DNA of 64,000 bases from Chiloscyllium plagiosum (Eukaryota), in the NCBI RefSeq assembly GCF_004010195.1, contig NC_057718.1, positions 73,430,234 through 73,494,233 of the forward strand, read 5' to 3'. Numbering within the stretch: position 1 is the first letter of the stretch; the number at the start of each line of letters is the position of its first letter. The translations under genes and the position numbers were made by a program. Positions 63,440 to 64,000 of this stretch are shown here, one piece after another. The notes under the pieces were generated by a model. It worked only from the letters and a program-made list of their open reading frames with translations, was not told the origin of the DNA and searched no databases.

Positions 63440-64000
63440 CGGGCCTCTATAGTACTCCAAGTATTCCTTCCTCTCAAAGAGACAGGATGGTGACTATAGG
63501 AATGCACAGGAATAATCATGACAGATATGCACAAGAGCAGCTTCCATCCATGACCTTCTTGGACAGCCTAATAGTAAAATTAGACCTTTGGTCTGACTGA
63601 ATCTCTCTGGGTAGCCCATACCATGTGAAGAAAGCTACTAACTCCTCTAGTACCCTTTTTTGCCTTGATACTCCGTAATGGAATTGCCTTCGGAAATCTA
63701 GTAGACGCATCCATTATGGTTAACAAGTACTGGTTCCCACCTTTAGTTCTCAGGAATGGACCTACACAATCAATTATAACCTGTGTGAAAGGTTCTTCAA
63801 ATGTGGGAATTGGCAACAAAGGTGCTGGTTTTATTACCGTCTTGGATTACCTACCATTTGGCATGTATGACACGCATGGCAAAAAGTTAACCACATCCTT
63901 GTGCATTCCAGGCCAATAAAAATGGTTTTGTACCTTAGCCTGAGTTTTTCGTACACCTAGGTGACCTCATGTGCTACCTGTAACACTTCCTGTCTGTATG
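63440..64000 (-). mobile_element. Ty3/Gypsy integrase remnant
   Basis: EPFTQVIIDCVGP..GNQYLLTIMDASTRFP..YGLPREIQSDQRSNF, frameshifted. Confidence 0.9.

Overview
Eukaryotic, repeat-dominated window with no recognisable host protein-coding gene. The repeat content points to a cartilaginous fish (shark); this is inferred from HE1/V-SINE-type SINEs and CR1-type LINEs. The window is a nested mosaic of decayed CR1 LINEs, about 16 HE1/V-SINE copies, Rex1/Babar LINE fragments, Ty3/Gypsy remnants with a solo LTR, and many Penelope-like elements (PLEs). There are three assembly gaps. Nearly all listed ORFs are TE fragments or spurious. The most notable signal is a set of minimal hammerhead ribozyme (HHR) motifs in at least four PLE families. 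They keep the CUGANGA/GAAA core and have family-specific stems and a palindromic ACGU/AGCU in place of helix III. Several occur as 90-430 bp insertions flanked by target-site duplications (TSDs), made almost only of ribozyme plus 3' terminus, with 5' boundaries clustered at the catalytic core; some are hairpins. Other oddities are a 94-bp duplication around a SINE tail, a PLE whose ORF halves are rearranged, and a 31-bp minisatellite element ending in a Rex1-like tail. All calls were made by eye; no searches were run.
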